In this document: in pieces, positions 14,860 to 31,213 of the stretch
How the letters are laid out: every line of letters starts with the position of its first letter
Numbering within the stretch: position 1 is the first letter of the stretch
Assembly (NCBI RefSeq): GCF_009914755.1
Contig: NC_060926.1
Source: the human T2T-CHM13v2.0 reference genome, Homo sapiens
Reading direction: 5' to 3' (one strand)
DNA length: 64,000 nucleotides
Position numbers and translations under genes: made by a program
Notes under the pieces: generated by a model
What the model saw: only the letters and a program-made list of their open reading frames with translations
What the model was told of the DNA's origin: nothing
The model's database searches: none

Positions 14860-17800
14860 AGCAACCGTTTTTAAAACTCTCCTTTTCTTATCAATTTATA
14901 TTTAGGTGAACACATAGTTCATCATTTAAACCAGGAGGAAGCACTAGTAATACTACTATCATTCAGGGCTCTATTGGAGAAGCAAGCCCACCATGAATGA
15001 TACGGAGGAAGGAATTTATTGTAGAGCCAACCTCTGCAGTTGTGGGAGCTGATGACCAAGTCCTCACAAGGCTGTTACACACATGGACTGGGGCCTGCAG
15101 CTGACACACTGCTGCCTTCCAAAGTGTGCTCACGTTTCTCTTGTGCCAACCCTAACCTGGAAACATACAGGATAAAGAATTCTGGGAAATAAAGCTCCCA
15201 CTTAGCAAAATTGAAAGGATGCAAAGTCACCAGAACAGAGCACATAGGGCGAGAGTGCCCAGGCAAGCTGGACGGCTGCACCCACCGGTCCCCCAAAGCC
15301 CCTGTGGCGCCCTCCTAGGAATTCCTCTCTCAGTCTTTGCCGCCTCCCTGTCTGGCTTACAAAGCCCAAAGAACTGGCCCGAAAAACCTTGTCTGTGAGG
15401 GTGCTGAGGGGCAGACTTGGAACTCCGGGAGGCTCAGGCGTCAGCAAGTTCAGTCCCTCTGTGTCGGGATGTGATTGGACAATTCAGGCTGCTGCTGGGC
15501 ATAAGTGCTGCCTAATTCTCACTGTATGCTTTCACTTTTCCAACTCCCCCTTTATATATTACTTGGTCCATTTACCTAATACATGTGCTCTGTGCTGGGC
15601 ACTGCCTGCTTTCTGCACTAGACAGGAGGGATTCTGTCTCAGTGGAAGCTGCGTCCTTAGCACTGTGCTTGGCTGTGTTCAGTATGTCTTCTGAATGAAT
15701 CAGTGAGTGAATGAATGAACCAATAAACACAATGGAGCGCTCTTGAAAAGCAGGGCACCTTTCCGAGGAAGTTCATTGTTTTGTCAATGAAAAGTGGGGA
15801 GAACTGTTCCGAAACTCTTGCCCCCAGGCACATGATTCGGGCCTTTGTCACTTTGCAATCCAGGCACACATGGAAGGCAGGGCCCAGCCGACCTGGGGAG
15901 ACTCAGATACAGTGGGAGTTCTAGCTGTGAATTTCATTCAGGACCTTAATGGCATTTTAAAATGGCTTTTGTATTTAATTATAGATAACATAGGTAAGTA
16001 TAGGCAAGTGATTACTTAAAGGCATGCAGACACAGGAAATCCGAGAACACTAATAGGTTTTTAATGACCAGTTATTTATTGTATTGCAAGTTTAATTAAA
16101 TTGCTTCCTTCAAATGCAACACAGTGCTGATTAATAAAAATATGTTTTCTATTTATGTGATATGAATACTTATTATCCCATCATACTTTACAGGCAAAAT
16201 AAGACTTCATAAATGTGGATGCAAATTATATTTAACTTGTACCAATAGATTAGAGATTCAACTACACTAATCCTGATGCAATTAGGTGAATTTAAAAGGA
16301 CTTTGAATCAATTTTATTTTCATGAAGATAGTAGTCTTGGAATGATTCTCACACTTTTCTATGGCCCTTATGTTCTTATCTCTATAAAAAGAATGCTTGA
16401 TTTTAAATTCTGCCACCCCCAATATGGGAAATTGAGCACGCACCCCCCACAGCCCTCCTTTCCCTTGGTTCTGTGCTGAAAGTTGTTTAGAACAGACCCT
16501 GAAAATAGGAGACAATCACTTCTGGTAGAGCCACACGGAACCTCTCCTCTCAGATCCTGGAGATCTGAGACCCCTTCACTTGCTCACTTAATCTCCAGGT
16601 CTTGCTTGAGACAAAACGCTGGAATATAGAGCAGGGAGGCTGGAGTCTAGCACACACAGGCATTTTTGTGCAATGGCATGTAGCAAATTGTAAATGAAAT
16701 CCTAGTTGCCCAATAATGCCCCGGTGTCTATCCTGCTGGGGTCTTTAGTAAATAGGAGGCATTGTTTGCCTTCCTGGCAAGCAGCGCTTGTGCTATGAGT
16801 GGGTGAGACTGCTCTGGGGGCAACAGTTAGGATGCTGGAAATTACCAAGAGGCCTGATCGTCTCTGAACCACTAACCCAGGCAGATGGCATCTACCATCA
16901 TTGGAACTTGGCAGATTTCCAACATATCCGTGTCCTTAATCTTGCGATCACTTAGGCATGGCATTTAGAAAGGGCTGGAATATTTGCGAGCTCCCTTTCA
17001 AGCCATAAGGTAGATCAGTAACATCACCCATAAAAATAACACCTGGAACTGAGGGAGACATCCTTCCCACCCACTGTCTCGGCAAGGTTTAAAATTTAAA
17101 TATACTATTGCTATAAGTGTAGAATCTTAGAGTTGTAGGCACCTTAAAGATAATTGGCCCAATCTCCTGGCCAATGCAAGAGTTTCATCTGCACTCTGTC
17201 TGGGACAGAGGCGGCAGGCCAGTCACTAAAAAATTTCATGTTTCTGTTTCTCTGGTGTGGAGCTGTCTGGGAGACAGCTGTCCATGCCTTCTTGGATGCA
17301 GGTGAGATCAGGTGGCTACTTCACACTAGTGGATGGAGTGGAAGTGACATGTGTCACTCAGGCCTGACTTGTTGCTGTGCACAGTCCTCTGGCTAGAAGC
17401 AGAGGACTCTAAGACCCCACAGTGTGGCAGAGCAGCAGAACGGGGGTGTGAGTTCTGCATCACTATTTGCAGGGTAGACACCTGCTGACTATGATACCAT
17501 GCTGGACATGATCGGAAACCAACTTTCATAGTGTTAAGGCATGGACATTTTGGGGTTGGGTGTGTTACAGTTACTAGCAGTACCCTAGCTAGTGCACAGA
17601 TGATCATCCAGTTACCTCTTGAACATCTCATGCTGAAAGTCTTACTGCTTTACAAGGTAGCCCACTCTATTTCTGGATTAATGGACCAGCATTCTTTATC
17701 ATGAATCAAAATTCCCCTTCCCTCTACCTACCATGTACTGGCCTCAACTCTGCCACACACAATAATTCAAATCCCATTTTTTTCGAAGCAGAACTTGTAT

Positions 17801-18373
17801 TTTCAAAGGTTTATATTTACTGATAGTTGAAATATAGCTTTATTATGGGAATACTGAAGGACTGGGAATGGTGTTATACACCCATTGCACTACTGAGCAT
17901 TTGAATATCAGGATGTGACTAGATCAAGCTTATGGGTAAAACTGTAGGGAATGAATCATAGCCTCTAAGGATGAAATGCACAGGCTTCAATCTGAACTCT
18001 ATCTATACTCTGCCACACTGACTCTGAGTCTCATTCATCTCCTTCAGCATTTCAGCAGAAGTCCATCTCTACAATGGTGTTGCAAACTCCCTGCATTTTG
18101 GAGATGGCATTTTTCTTTTCTTTTTTTTTTTTAGGTTTTTTTTAATTTTTAAAATTTTTGTTATTATTATTATACTTTAAGTTTTAGGGTACATGTGCAC
18201 AATGTGCAGGTTAGTTACATATGTATACATGTGCCATGCTGGTGTGCTGCACCCATTAACTCGTCATTTAGCATTAGGTATATCTCCTAATGCTATCCCT
18301 CCCCCCTCCCCCCATCCCACCACAGTCCCCAGAGTGTGATGTTCCCCTTCCTGTGTCCATGTGTTCTCATTGT

Positions 18374-22206
<3,833 letters not shown>

Positions 22207-22254
22207 TTATTTTGCTCGTTAGTTGATGCAGTTTCTTCCTAGCCTTGATGGTCT

Positions 22255-23271
22255 TTACAATTTGGCATGATTTTGCAGTGGCTGGTACCGGTTGTTCCTT
22301 TCCATGTTTAGTGCTTCCTTCAGGAGCTCTTTTAGGGCAGGCCTGGTGGTGACAAAATCTCTCAGCATTTGCTTGTCTGTAAAGTATTTTATTTATCCTT
22401 CATTTATGAAGCTTAGTTTGGCTGGATATGAAATTCTGGGTTGAAAATTCTTTTCTTTAAGAATGTTGAATATTGGCCCCCACTCTCTTCTGGCTTGTAG
22501 AGTTTCTGCTGAGAGATCTGCTGTTAGTCTGATGGGCTTCCCTTTGTGGGTAACCCAATCTTTCTCTCTGTTTGCCCTTAACATTTTTTCCTTCATTTCA
22601 ACTTTGGTGAATCTGACAATTATGTGTCTTGGAGTTGCTCTTCTCGAGGAGTATCTTTGTGGCGTTCTCTGTATTTCCTGAATCTGAATGTTGGTCTGCC
22701 TTGCTAGATTGGGGAAGTTCTCCTGGATAATATCCTGCAGAGTGTTTTCCAACTTGGTTCCATTCTCCCTGTCACTTTCAGGTACACCAGTTAGACGTAG
22801 ATTTGGTCTTTTCACATAGTTCCATATTTCTTGGAGGCTTTGTTCGTTTCTTTTTATTCTTTTTTCTCTAAACTTCCCTTCTCACTTCATTTCATTCATT
22901 TCATCTTCCATCACTGATACCCTTTCTTCCAGTTGATCACATCGGCTCCTGAGGCTTCTGCATTCTTCACGTAGTTCTAGAGCCTTGGCTTTCAGCTCCA
23001 TCAGCTCCTTTAAGCACTTCTCTGTATTGGTTATTCTAGTTATACATTTGTCTAAATTTTTTTCAAAGTTTTCAACTTCTTTGCCTTTGGTTTGAATTTC
23101 CTTCTGTAGCTCAGAGTAGTTTGATCATCTGAAGCCTTCTTCTCTCAACTCGTCAAAGTCATTCTCCGTCCAGCTTTGTTCCATTGCTGGTGAGGAACTG
23201 CGTTCCTTTGGAGGAGGAGAGGTGCTCTGCTTTTCAGAGTTTCCAGTTTTTCTGCTCTGTTTTTTCCCCAT
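22255..23271 (-). pseudogene. L1 ORF1p, disrupted
   Basis: ATGGGGAAAAAACAG start and ...CATGCCAAATTGTAA end; internal nonsense codons near 22883 (CGA>TGA) and 22394. Confidence 0.93.
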
Positions 23272-23854
23272 CTTTGTGGTTTTATCTACTTTTGGTCTTT
23301 GATGATGGTGATGTACAGATGGGTTTTTGGTGTGGATGTCTTTTCTGTTTGTTAGTTTTCCTTTTAACAGACAGGAACCTCAGCTGCAGGTCTGTTGGAG
23401 TTTGCTAGAGGTCCACTCCAGACCCTGTTTGCCTGGGTAACAGCAGCGGTGGCTGCAGAACAGCAGCTTTTCATGAACCTCGAATGCTGCTGTCTGATTG
23501 TTCGTCTGGAAGTTTTGTCTCAGAGGAGTACCCGGCCGTGTGAGGTGTCAGTCTGCCCCTACTGGGGGGTCCCTCCCAGTTAGGCTGCTCAGGGATCAGG
23601 GGTCAGGGACCCACTTGAAGAGGCAGTCTGCCCGTTCTCAGATCTCCAGCTGCATGCTGGGAGAACCACTGCTCTCTTCAAAGCTGTCAGACAGGGACAT
23701 TTAAGTCTGCAGAGGTTACTGCTGTCTTTTTGTTTGTTTGTGCCCTGCCCCCAGAGGTGGAGCCTACAGAGGCAGGCAGGCCTCCTTGAGCTGTGGTGGG
23801 CTCCACCCAGTTGGAGCTTCCTGGCTGCTTGGTTTACCTAAGCAAGCCTGGGCA

Positions 23855-24280
23855 ATGGTGGGTGCCCCTCCCGCAGCCTCACTGCCGCCTTGCAGTTTGA
23901 TCTCAGACAGCTGTGCTAGCAATCAGCGAGACTCCATGGGCGTAGGACCCTCCGAGCTAGGTGCAGGATATAATCTCCTGGTGTGCCGTTTTTTAAGCCC
24001 GTCGGAAAAGTGCAGTATTAGGGTGGGAGTGACCCAATTTTCCAGGTGCCGTTTGTCACCCCCTTCTTTGACTAGGAAAGGGAACTCCTTGACCCCTTGC
24101 GCTTCCCGAGTGAGGCAATGCCTCGCCCTGCTTCGGCTCGCGCACGGTGCGCTGCACGCACTGTCCTGCGCCCACTGTCTGGCACTCCCTAGTGAGATGA
24201 ACCCGGTACCTCAGATGGAAATGCAGAAATCACCCGTCTTCTGCGTCGCTCACGTTGGGAGCTGTAGACGGGAGCTGTAG
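23855..24280 (+). CDS. L1 antisense ORF0-like reading frame (extended, 141 aa); expression unproven
   Basis: MVGAPPAASLPPCSLISDSCASNQRDS... matches the primate ORF0 N-terminus; open to TAG at 24278-24280. Confidence 0.5.
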   Translation: MVGAPPAASLPPCSLISDSCASNQRDSMGVGPSELGAGYNLLVCRFLSPSEKCSIRVGVTQFSRCRLSPPSLTRKGNSLTPCASRVRQCLALLRLAHGALHALSCAHCLALPSEMNPVPQMEMQKSPVFCVAHVGSCRREL

Positions 24281-24399
24281 ACGGGAGCTGTTCCTATTCG
24301 GCCATCTTGGCTGCTTCCGCCCAGCATTTTTCAAAAAGCAAGGCTACAGTAATATTTTCGATCCTGTGTATTCTTCTAAAACCTTGCCCACACTCATCA

Positions 24400-24794
24400 G
24401 AAAGTGGAGTCTATTTCTCTGATCCTTTCTCTGGGTGTGCTCTTGTAACTGCCTTGAGGAACAGAATGCTGAAGAAGTGCCACTGCCTGCCCTCTGAGGC
24501 AAGATTGTGAAAATGAGACCTGGCTCACTCTCCAGGGTTGCGCCACCCTGGTGCTCAGTTAACATGGAAAGGCCACATAATGGCGTCTGGTGAAGATCAG
24601 CCAGCACTGACTGCAAGGCACAAAGGCCTTCTGCGGACCCTCATATCCAGCCTTTGGGCTGAGTGGAAGAGAGATAAGCTGTTTCTACTGAGTCCTGCCC
24701 AAATGGCAGATGCATGAGCAAAATAAACAGCACCATCATTTTCAACTACCACATTTTGGGGTAGTTCTTTACTCCACAAAAGACAACTGCAACA
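24400..24794 (+). mobile_element. Old MaLR LTR (MLT1-type) fragment
   Basis: AGTCCTGCCCAAATGGCAGATGCATGAGCAAAATAAA...TTTTGGGGTAGTT...ACAACTGCAACA MLT1-style 3' end. Confidence 0.6.
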
Positions 24795-24923
24795 TTTCAC
24801 TCTGACATCCTGTGACAAAGCCATATAAATGCTGCTCCTGTTCTGGGTGTGTAAGAACAGGCACGACAACACAGCTATCCCAGGCCCACCAGATGATTTT
24901 CTGGCAAAGAGCAAACAAACAAA

Positions 24924-25234
24924 AAGAGGGCATTAGCTGCGGGGGTCTGCCTGCAGACCCTGACCCAAACGACGGATGAATGAAATGTACACTGACACAC
25001 AGATACACTGTTTTGCCAGTCCTGCTGAGTGTCCGACTGCCTACACACCAAGAGAGGTTTGTCCACCGCAGCCGGCCACTCAGCTGGACTGGCAAAACAG
25101 AATATCTGCGTGTCAGTGTACGTTTTATTCATCTGTTTTTTGGGTCAGGGTCTGTGGGCAGACCCCTGCAGCTAATGCCCTCTTGTGAGGAGCAATACCT
25201 CAACTGGTGCCCTCTCTGAGGCTCACAATACCTC
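24924..25234. mobile_element. ERVK HML-5/LTR22-like LTR 3' (U5) fragment present as an inverted duplicate, followed by a tRNA-Met PBS
   Basis: Arms 24924-25040 and 25068-25184; TGGTGCCCTCTCTGAGGC at 25205-25222. Family assignment from memory. Confidence 0.65.
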
Positions 25235-27139
25235 AATAAGTCATGATTTCAAATATTTGGAGAGTCATGTGGACAAGGGACCAGATTTCATTCCCAGTTG
25301 CTTAGAGAAGGGAAAATAGATAAAAGTTACTGAAAGATGGACACATGCCTGGTATGTGGAAGGACTTTCTAAGTCGTGGGATCCCATAATAAACCAGACT
25401 GTCATTTGAGGGGGTGAGGCTGGCAGTTCTCCATCACTGGCAATGTCTAGGCAGAGGTGGTGACCACCTGGCTGCAGGGGTGGTGGTGTGAAACCAGGAT
25501 GGTTGAATGAGGGAAGTTTTAAATTTGACTCTGCGATTCTATAACGGACTTGCCTTTGCAGCATCCACCAGGCTTTTCTTGGAAGGCATCGTCCTAGGTG
25601 CAATGAGGCTCTGACCTGGCTTTTCAAGAAATATCTGAGAGCTTGGTAGGAGCTCTGGGGAAATGCTAAGACACTTTGTCAGGCATGGAGTTCCTGGACA
25701 GAATGGCCACTGAAATGTTCAATATGCATTTTATTCTAGAAAGGTCTATGTATTTAACTACAGAGCAGAATGGACACAACTCTTGGCACATTCACAATCC
25801 ATATCTCTCTCACAAGGAAGGGACCGCCATCATCCTGTCCGTGAAACAGTCCCATTGCTCTTCCCCCGAGGTTGGTTATTCTACTTTAGCTCTATATCTT
25901 TCATAAAGGATTTCACATTTTTCTAAAATACACATGAGTATTATTTATAATTGACAATCTCCCCTTGGATGATTTAGGATATACTTCTGCCAAGACAAGA
26001 ATTCAGATATTAAATATTATTCAATGTCAATTATGCTGTGATTATGCTGGAAGCTTTTTTTATATTCAATTTTCATTCATTCGCTCATGACTGTAATTTA
26101 AATAAGGGATTTTCTTTACTGCATTAAATGTATTATCAATGCAGTGCTATAGCTTAATAACTGTACCATGCATACAAGTTTAAGTATTTTCTAAGATCTT
26201 AAGCCAAATTAAAATAAAGCATATTATGTCTCCAAATTGGAGAAGAAAATTTATTATAATTCTTTTGAAGACTGCAAAAGAAAACAGAGACAACTGCAGG
26301 ATTATTTTTAATACTGAAAAAGATTTTGAAATATTTTCGTCACAGTGCTATGGAAACTGCAGTTGGTAACAAGGAGATACCTCATCAGAGTAAAATGTAC
26401 ATTGCTTTAAGTTGAAAAAATTGCCATTGTTTATGAAGATTTTTATGGACCAAAAGAAATGTAATTGAATGATGTATCCCATGAATTTAAACAAATTCAT
26501 ATTCAAAATGTTCTTAATGTTCCAAGTAATCATTCAGGCCTTCACCTGATCAGATTAAGAGAAGTCCAGATATTTGTCTTGGGTCCTCCCTCTGAATTGT
26601 CCAAGAACTATGCAGCCTGAAGGGGCTGGCTCCAAGGCCATGCAGAGTGGGAACTTCAGGATGTGACTACCCACTGGGTTCCTCATGGCATCCCTGCTCA
26701 CTGCAGGCTACCTGTAGGGTGGAGTCACCTGGCCCAACTCATTTGTAAGAGGAGGGGGAGGGCCTCCCAGTATAGGCCCAGCTGGCCTGGCTTACCCTGC
26801 CAGGGGCCTGGATTCACTCTGTTTAACAACCAGGGCTTTGGTGGATGACCAGGGACTCTTCCAGGGGTCAACCCCTCCCCTCAGGCCACCTGGACCCCAA
26901 GGGCTTCCTCACAGGTGAATATGCCACATTAGCCTCGCATACTCAGCTGTGGTCCCCAAGGATGTAAGGTAGAGACGGACTTCCAGCCTCAGCCAAGTGC
27001 TCAGCCAGGTTGGCCTTCCCATGACCGCCCTCCACCCCCAGGGTATCAGACCAACCTGCACTTCTTCTTGGATGAGTGGGCACCTTGTGCTCTAGGTGAC
27101 CTTTCCTTCCAGTTCACGTCCATCAAAAAGGCCTCCATG

Positions 27140-27222
27140 TGGTGAGCCGAGATCGCGCCATTGCACTCCAGCCTGGGCAAAAAGAGCGAAACTCCGTCTC
27201 AAAAAAAAAAAAAAAAAAAAAA
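27140..27222 (+). mobile_element. 5'-truncated Alu (3' end of right arm plus poly-A)
   Basis: GTGAGCCGAGATCGCGCCATTGCACTCCAGCCTGGGC...CCGTCTC followed by about 22 A. Confidence 0.9.
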
Positions 27223-27496
27223 GCAGCCTCTAGGTGAAGGGTTGAGGAGGCTGTGGAAACTGACTCACCACCGCTCAGCTTTGTATACCAAGAGGTACGG
27301 GGAGGAGGGGTCCTGTTGACTTTCCCCAGGCAGCGGATACCTACTTCCCTCACATGTCCAAAGCCAAGGGAAACACTCAAGTACTTCTTCCTGGTACAGA
27401 GAAGCCCTGCACCAGGTAACTGGCAGCTTTGTCTACACAGTAAAGAGGGTGGCAACTCATGCAGTGCAGCTGTTGCAGGTTAAGAAGTGAAGTTCT

Positions 27497-27912
<416 letters not shown>

Positions 27913-28729
27913 TCACTTGCACTAATGATATTTACACTGCAATTACCTAGAAAAAATACCTGCAATTAACTGCTTTAAAAGGTTAAACAGGTGCACAGCA
28001 TCTGTTTCTCAAACTTAAGAACTTTCCTCTGTCACCTTCTTTGTCATAGGAATGGCAACATTTGTGTAGCACTAAATCACATCTGTAAAGCATTTTGCAA
28101 CCTGCAGATGGAGAGTGTTCTGAGCAGCTCAGTGACTGATGAGACCCCCTGCTACACGTTCCTCCCGATCCTCTGTCCTCTGCTTAGCAAGTGGGAAAGA
28201 CTTTACTGCAGTTTCCAGAGTAAAAACCAGGGGTTACTCTTCTCCCTGTAGGCTTCATCTATCACCTCCAGGAAAATGACTCCCAGATGCACACCCCCAA
28301 CCCTAACCTCCCTCTGGAACTCTGTTTGAATCACATCTCTAACTGCCAGACATCTGTACCTCCCTGCCTGCCAGCACCTCTAACTTATGTGTCTAAAATA
28401 AAACTTCTCCTCCTGCTACCTCTGGCATCTAATCAGTGGCCAAGGAGGCTATCTTTTTTCATATGTGTATTCAGCAGGTGTCTACTGAGTACCTGCTGGT
28501 GTAAAGCACTGTGCTTGCTAGTGGGAAGGATACAAGCTTGAGTCTGCTACTCAAGGAGCTCAGGTTCAAGAAAGCGAGACAAAGCAACTGTGCTACATGG
28601 GAGAGAGGGATCAAGTCAGGATGAGGAGAACAGATGTGGTTTCAGAAGGGATTCAGGAGGGAACACGCTTTTGTTGAAAGAAATTTACAGGTAGTGAGTG
28701 CCCATTATTTGCTCAATATTTTCCACACG

Positions 28730-29050
28730 GCTGTGGTTTCCCAGAAGCAGATCTTAAGGGAAGGATTTGCGGGCAGGTAGTTTATTTGGGAGGGGACCCT
28801 AGGAAACATCAACAGGGATTGGAAAGGGACTTAGAAAGGAAGTGCCAGCCAATCAACAGGTTCACTGTGGGCAAGTTAGCTTGGATGAAGCTTAACCCTG
28901 CTGGGGGACAGTGTAAAGCTATTCCTCCCGAGGGGCAGGAGTGCTGTCATCTGCCATTGCTGAGGACTGCCCCTGGTGTTTGGAGCCTGTGCATGTGGGC
29001 ACAAGCCCAGAGGTGTTGGGTAGCAGGGATAAGAGAATTCAAGTGTGGCT
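28730..29050 (-). mobile_element. Old ERVL LTR (LTR16-like) fragment
   Basis: TTCCCAGAAGCAGA..AAGGATTTG..GGTAGTTTATTTGGGAGG..CCCTAGGAA motif. Confidence 0.4.
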
Positions 29051-29096
29051 TGACAGCCTCCACTGTATGGGTTTGGTCTTACTAAAGCCCCCATCA

Positions 29097-29445
<349 letters not shown>

Positions 29446-29834
29446 GATAATTTAACACCATAGTGTTTAATTCCTCTCACCTCAAGTTGTGTCTTAGGCA
29501 GCCTCGGTAACTTGCACAGTGACGGTGAACTAGTAACATGAGAAACAGGCTTGAACTCATGCCTGGTGGACGATGTAGCCCACAGTTGTGCCTGACATCA
29601 CACAGCTGGGAGATCATGGAAGACTGCAGGGAGGAGGAGGCATCAGAGAGGAGTGGTGAATGCGTGTGGCCATCCTCAGAGTGCAGGTATCAGCCGTGGC
29701 TCAGAGGTAGTGACACCCTCATATCCATCTCCCTCTGGGTGCTAACTAGACAGGTGCCCTGAGCTCTCACCACCCTCTTTTGCTCTTTCCCAAGCCTTGT
29801 GTCATCCCAACTCAGCCTTCCTCACTGTGGCTTT

Positions 29835-29920
29835 TCTTTCTTTCCTTCCTTCCTTCCTTCCTTCCTTCCTTCCTTCCTTCCTTCCTTCCATCCTTCTCTC
29901 CCTCCCTCCCTCCCTTCCCC
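29835..29920. repeat. (CTTC)n/(CCCT)n polypyrimidine microsatellite
   Basis: Direct inspection. Confidence 0.9.
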
Positions 29921-30497
29921 TGAAGCACAGTGCTCCCTGGGGTCTGCCCCAAGCATGCCTTTCTCTCTCCTCCATGGATGAAAGCATTTGCTCCTCTGGG
30001 TCTTCCTGCTGCCTATATGCGGATGAATTCAAGTCTGTATTTTTAGCTCTGGTCTTATTCATGAGCTCCAGGGTTTGGGTGGATGTAAAATATAGACTCA
30101 AGTCCCCCACTTTGGATGCAAGTCTTGATTATTCCACTCAGTAGCAATGTGACATTGGATTGGTTACATATTCCCTCTCTGCCTCAATTTCCTCACTTGT
30201 GAAATGGAGGTACCACATTAATACTTGCCTCATAGGGCTGGGTGGTGGAAGAATGAGTTCACCAGGATGGAGAGCATGGTGCTGTGGCTGGCTGCCAGTT
30301 CTCACCCATGGCTGCACCTGTTTTGGACAGTTTCATCCTGCCCTTCTAGAATGCCAGTGCTTCAAGGGAAGGGCTAGGACCTTGCTGGTATACAGTTGGT
30401 GCTCAATTTATAGGTTGTTGAATTAACTCCCATGGACATAACTGAAACCAAGGTTCTTAGCACTGGACTCTCTACTCCTATGCTATTTTCTTTTCAG

Positions 30498-31213
<716 letters not shown>

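Noticed and set aside
25205-25224. tRNA gene
   Set aside because: Only 18-20 nt complementary to a tRNA 3' end including CCA; this is a retroviral PBS, not a tRNA gene
25900-26550. AT-rich stretch that may be an ancient DNA-transposon or conserved element
   Set aside because: No termini or protein motif I can identify with confidence; needs a Dfam search
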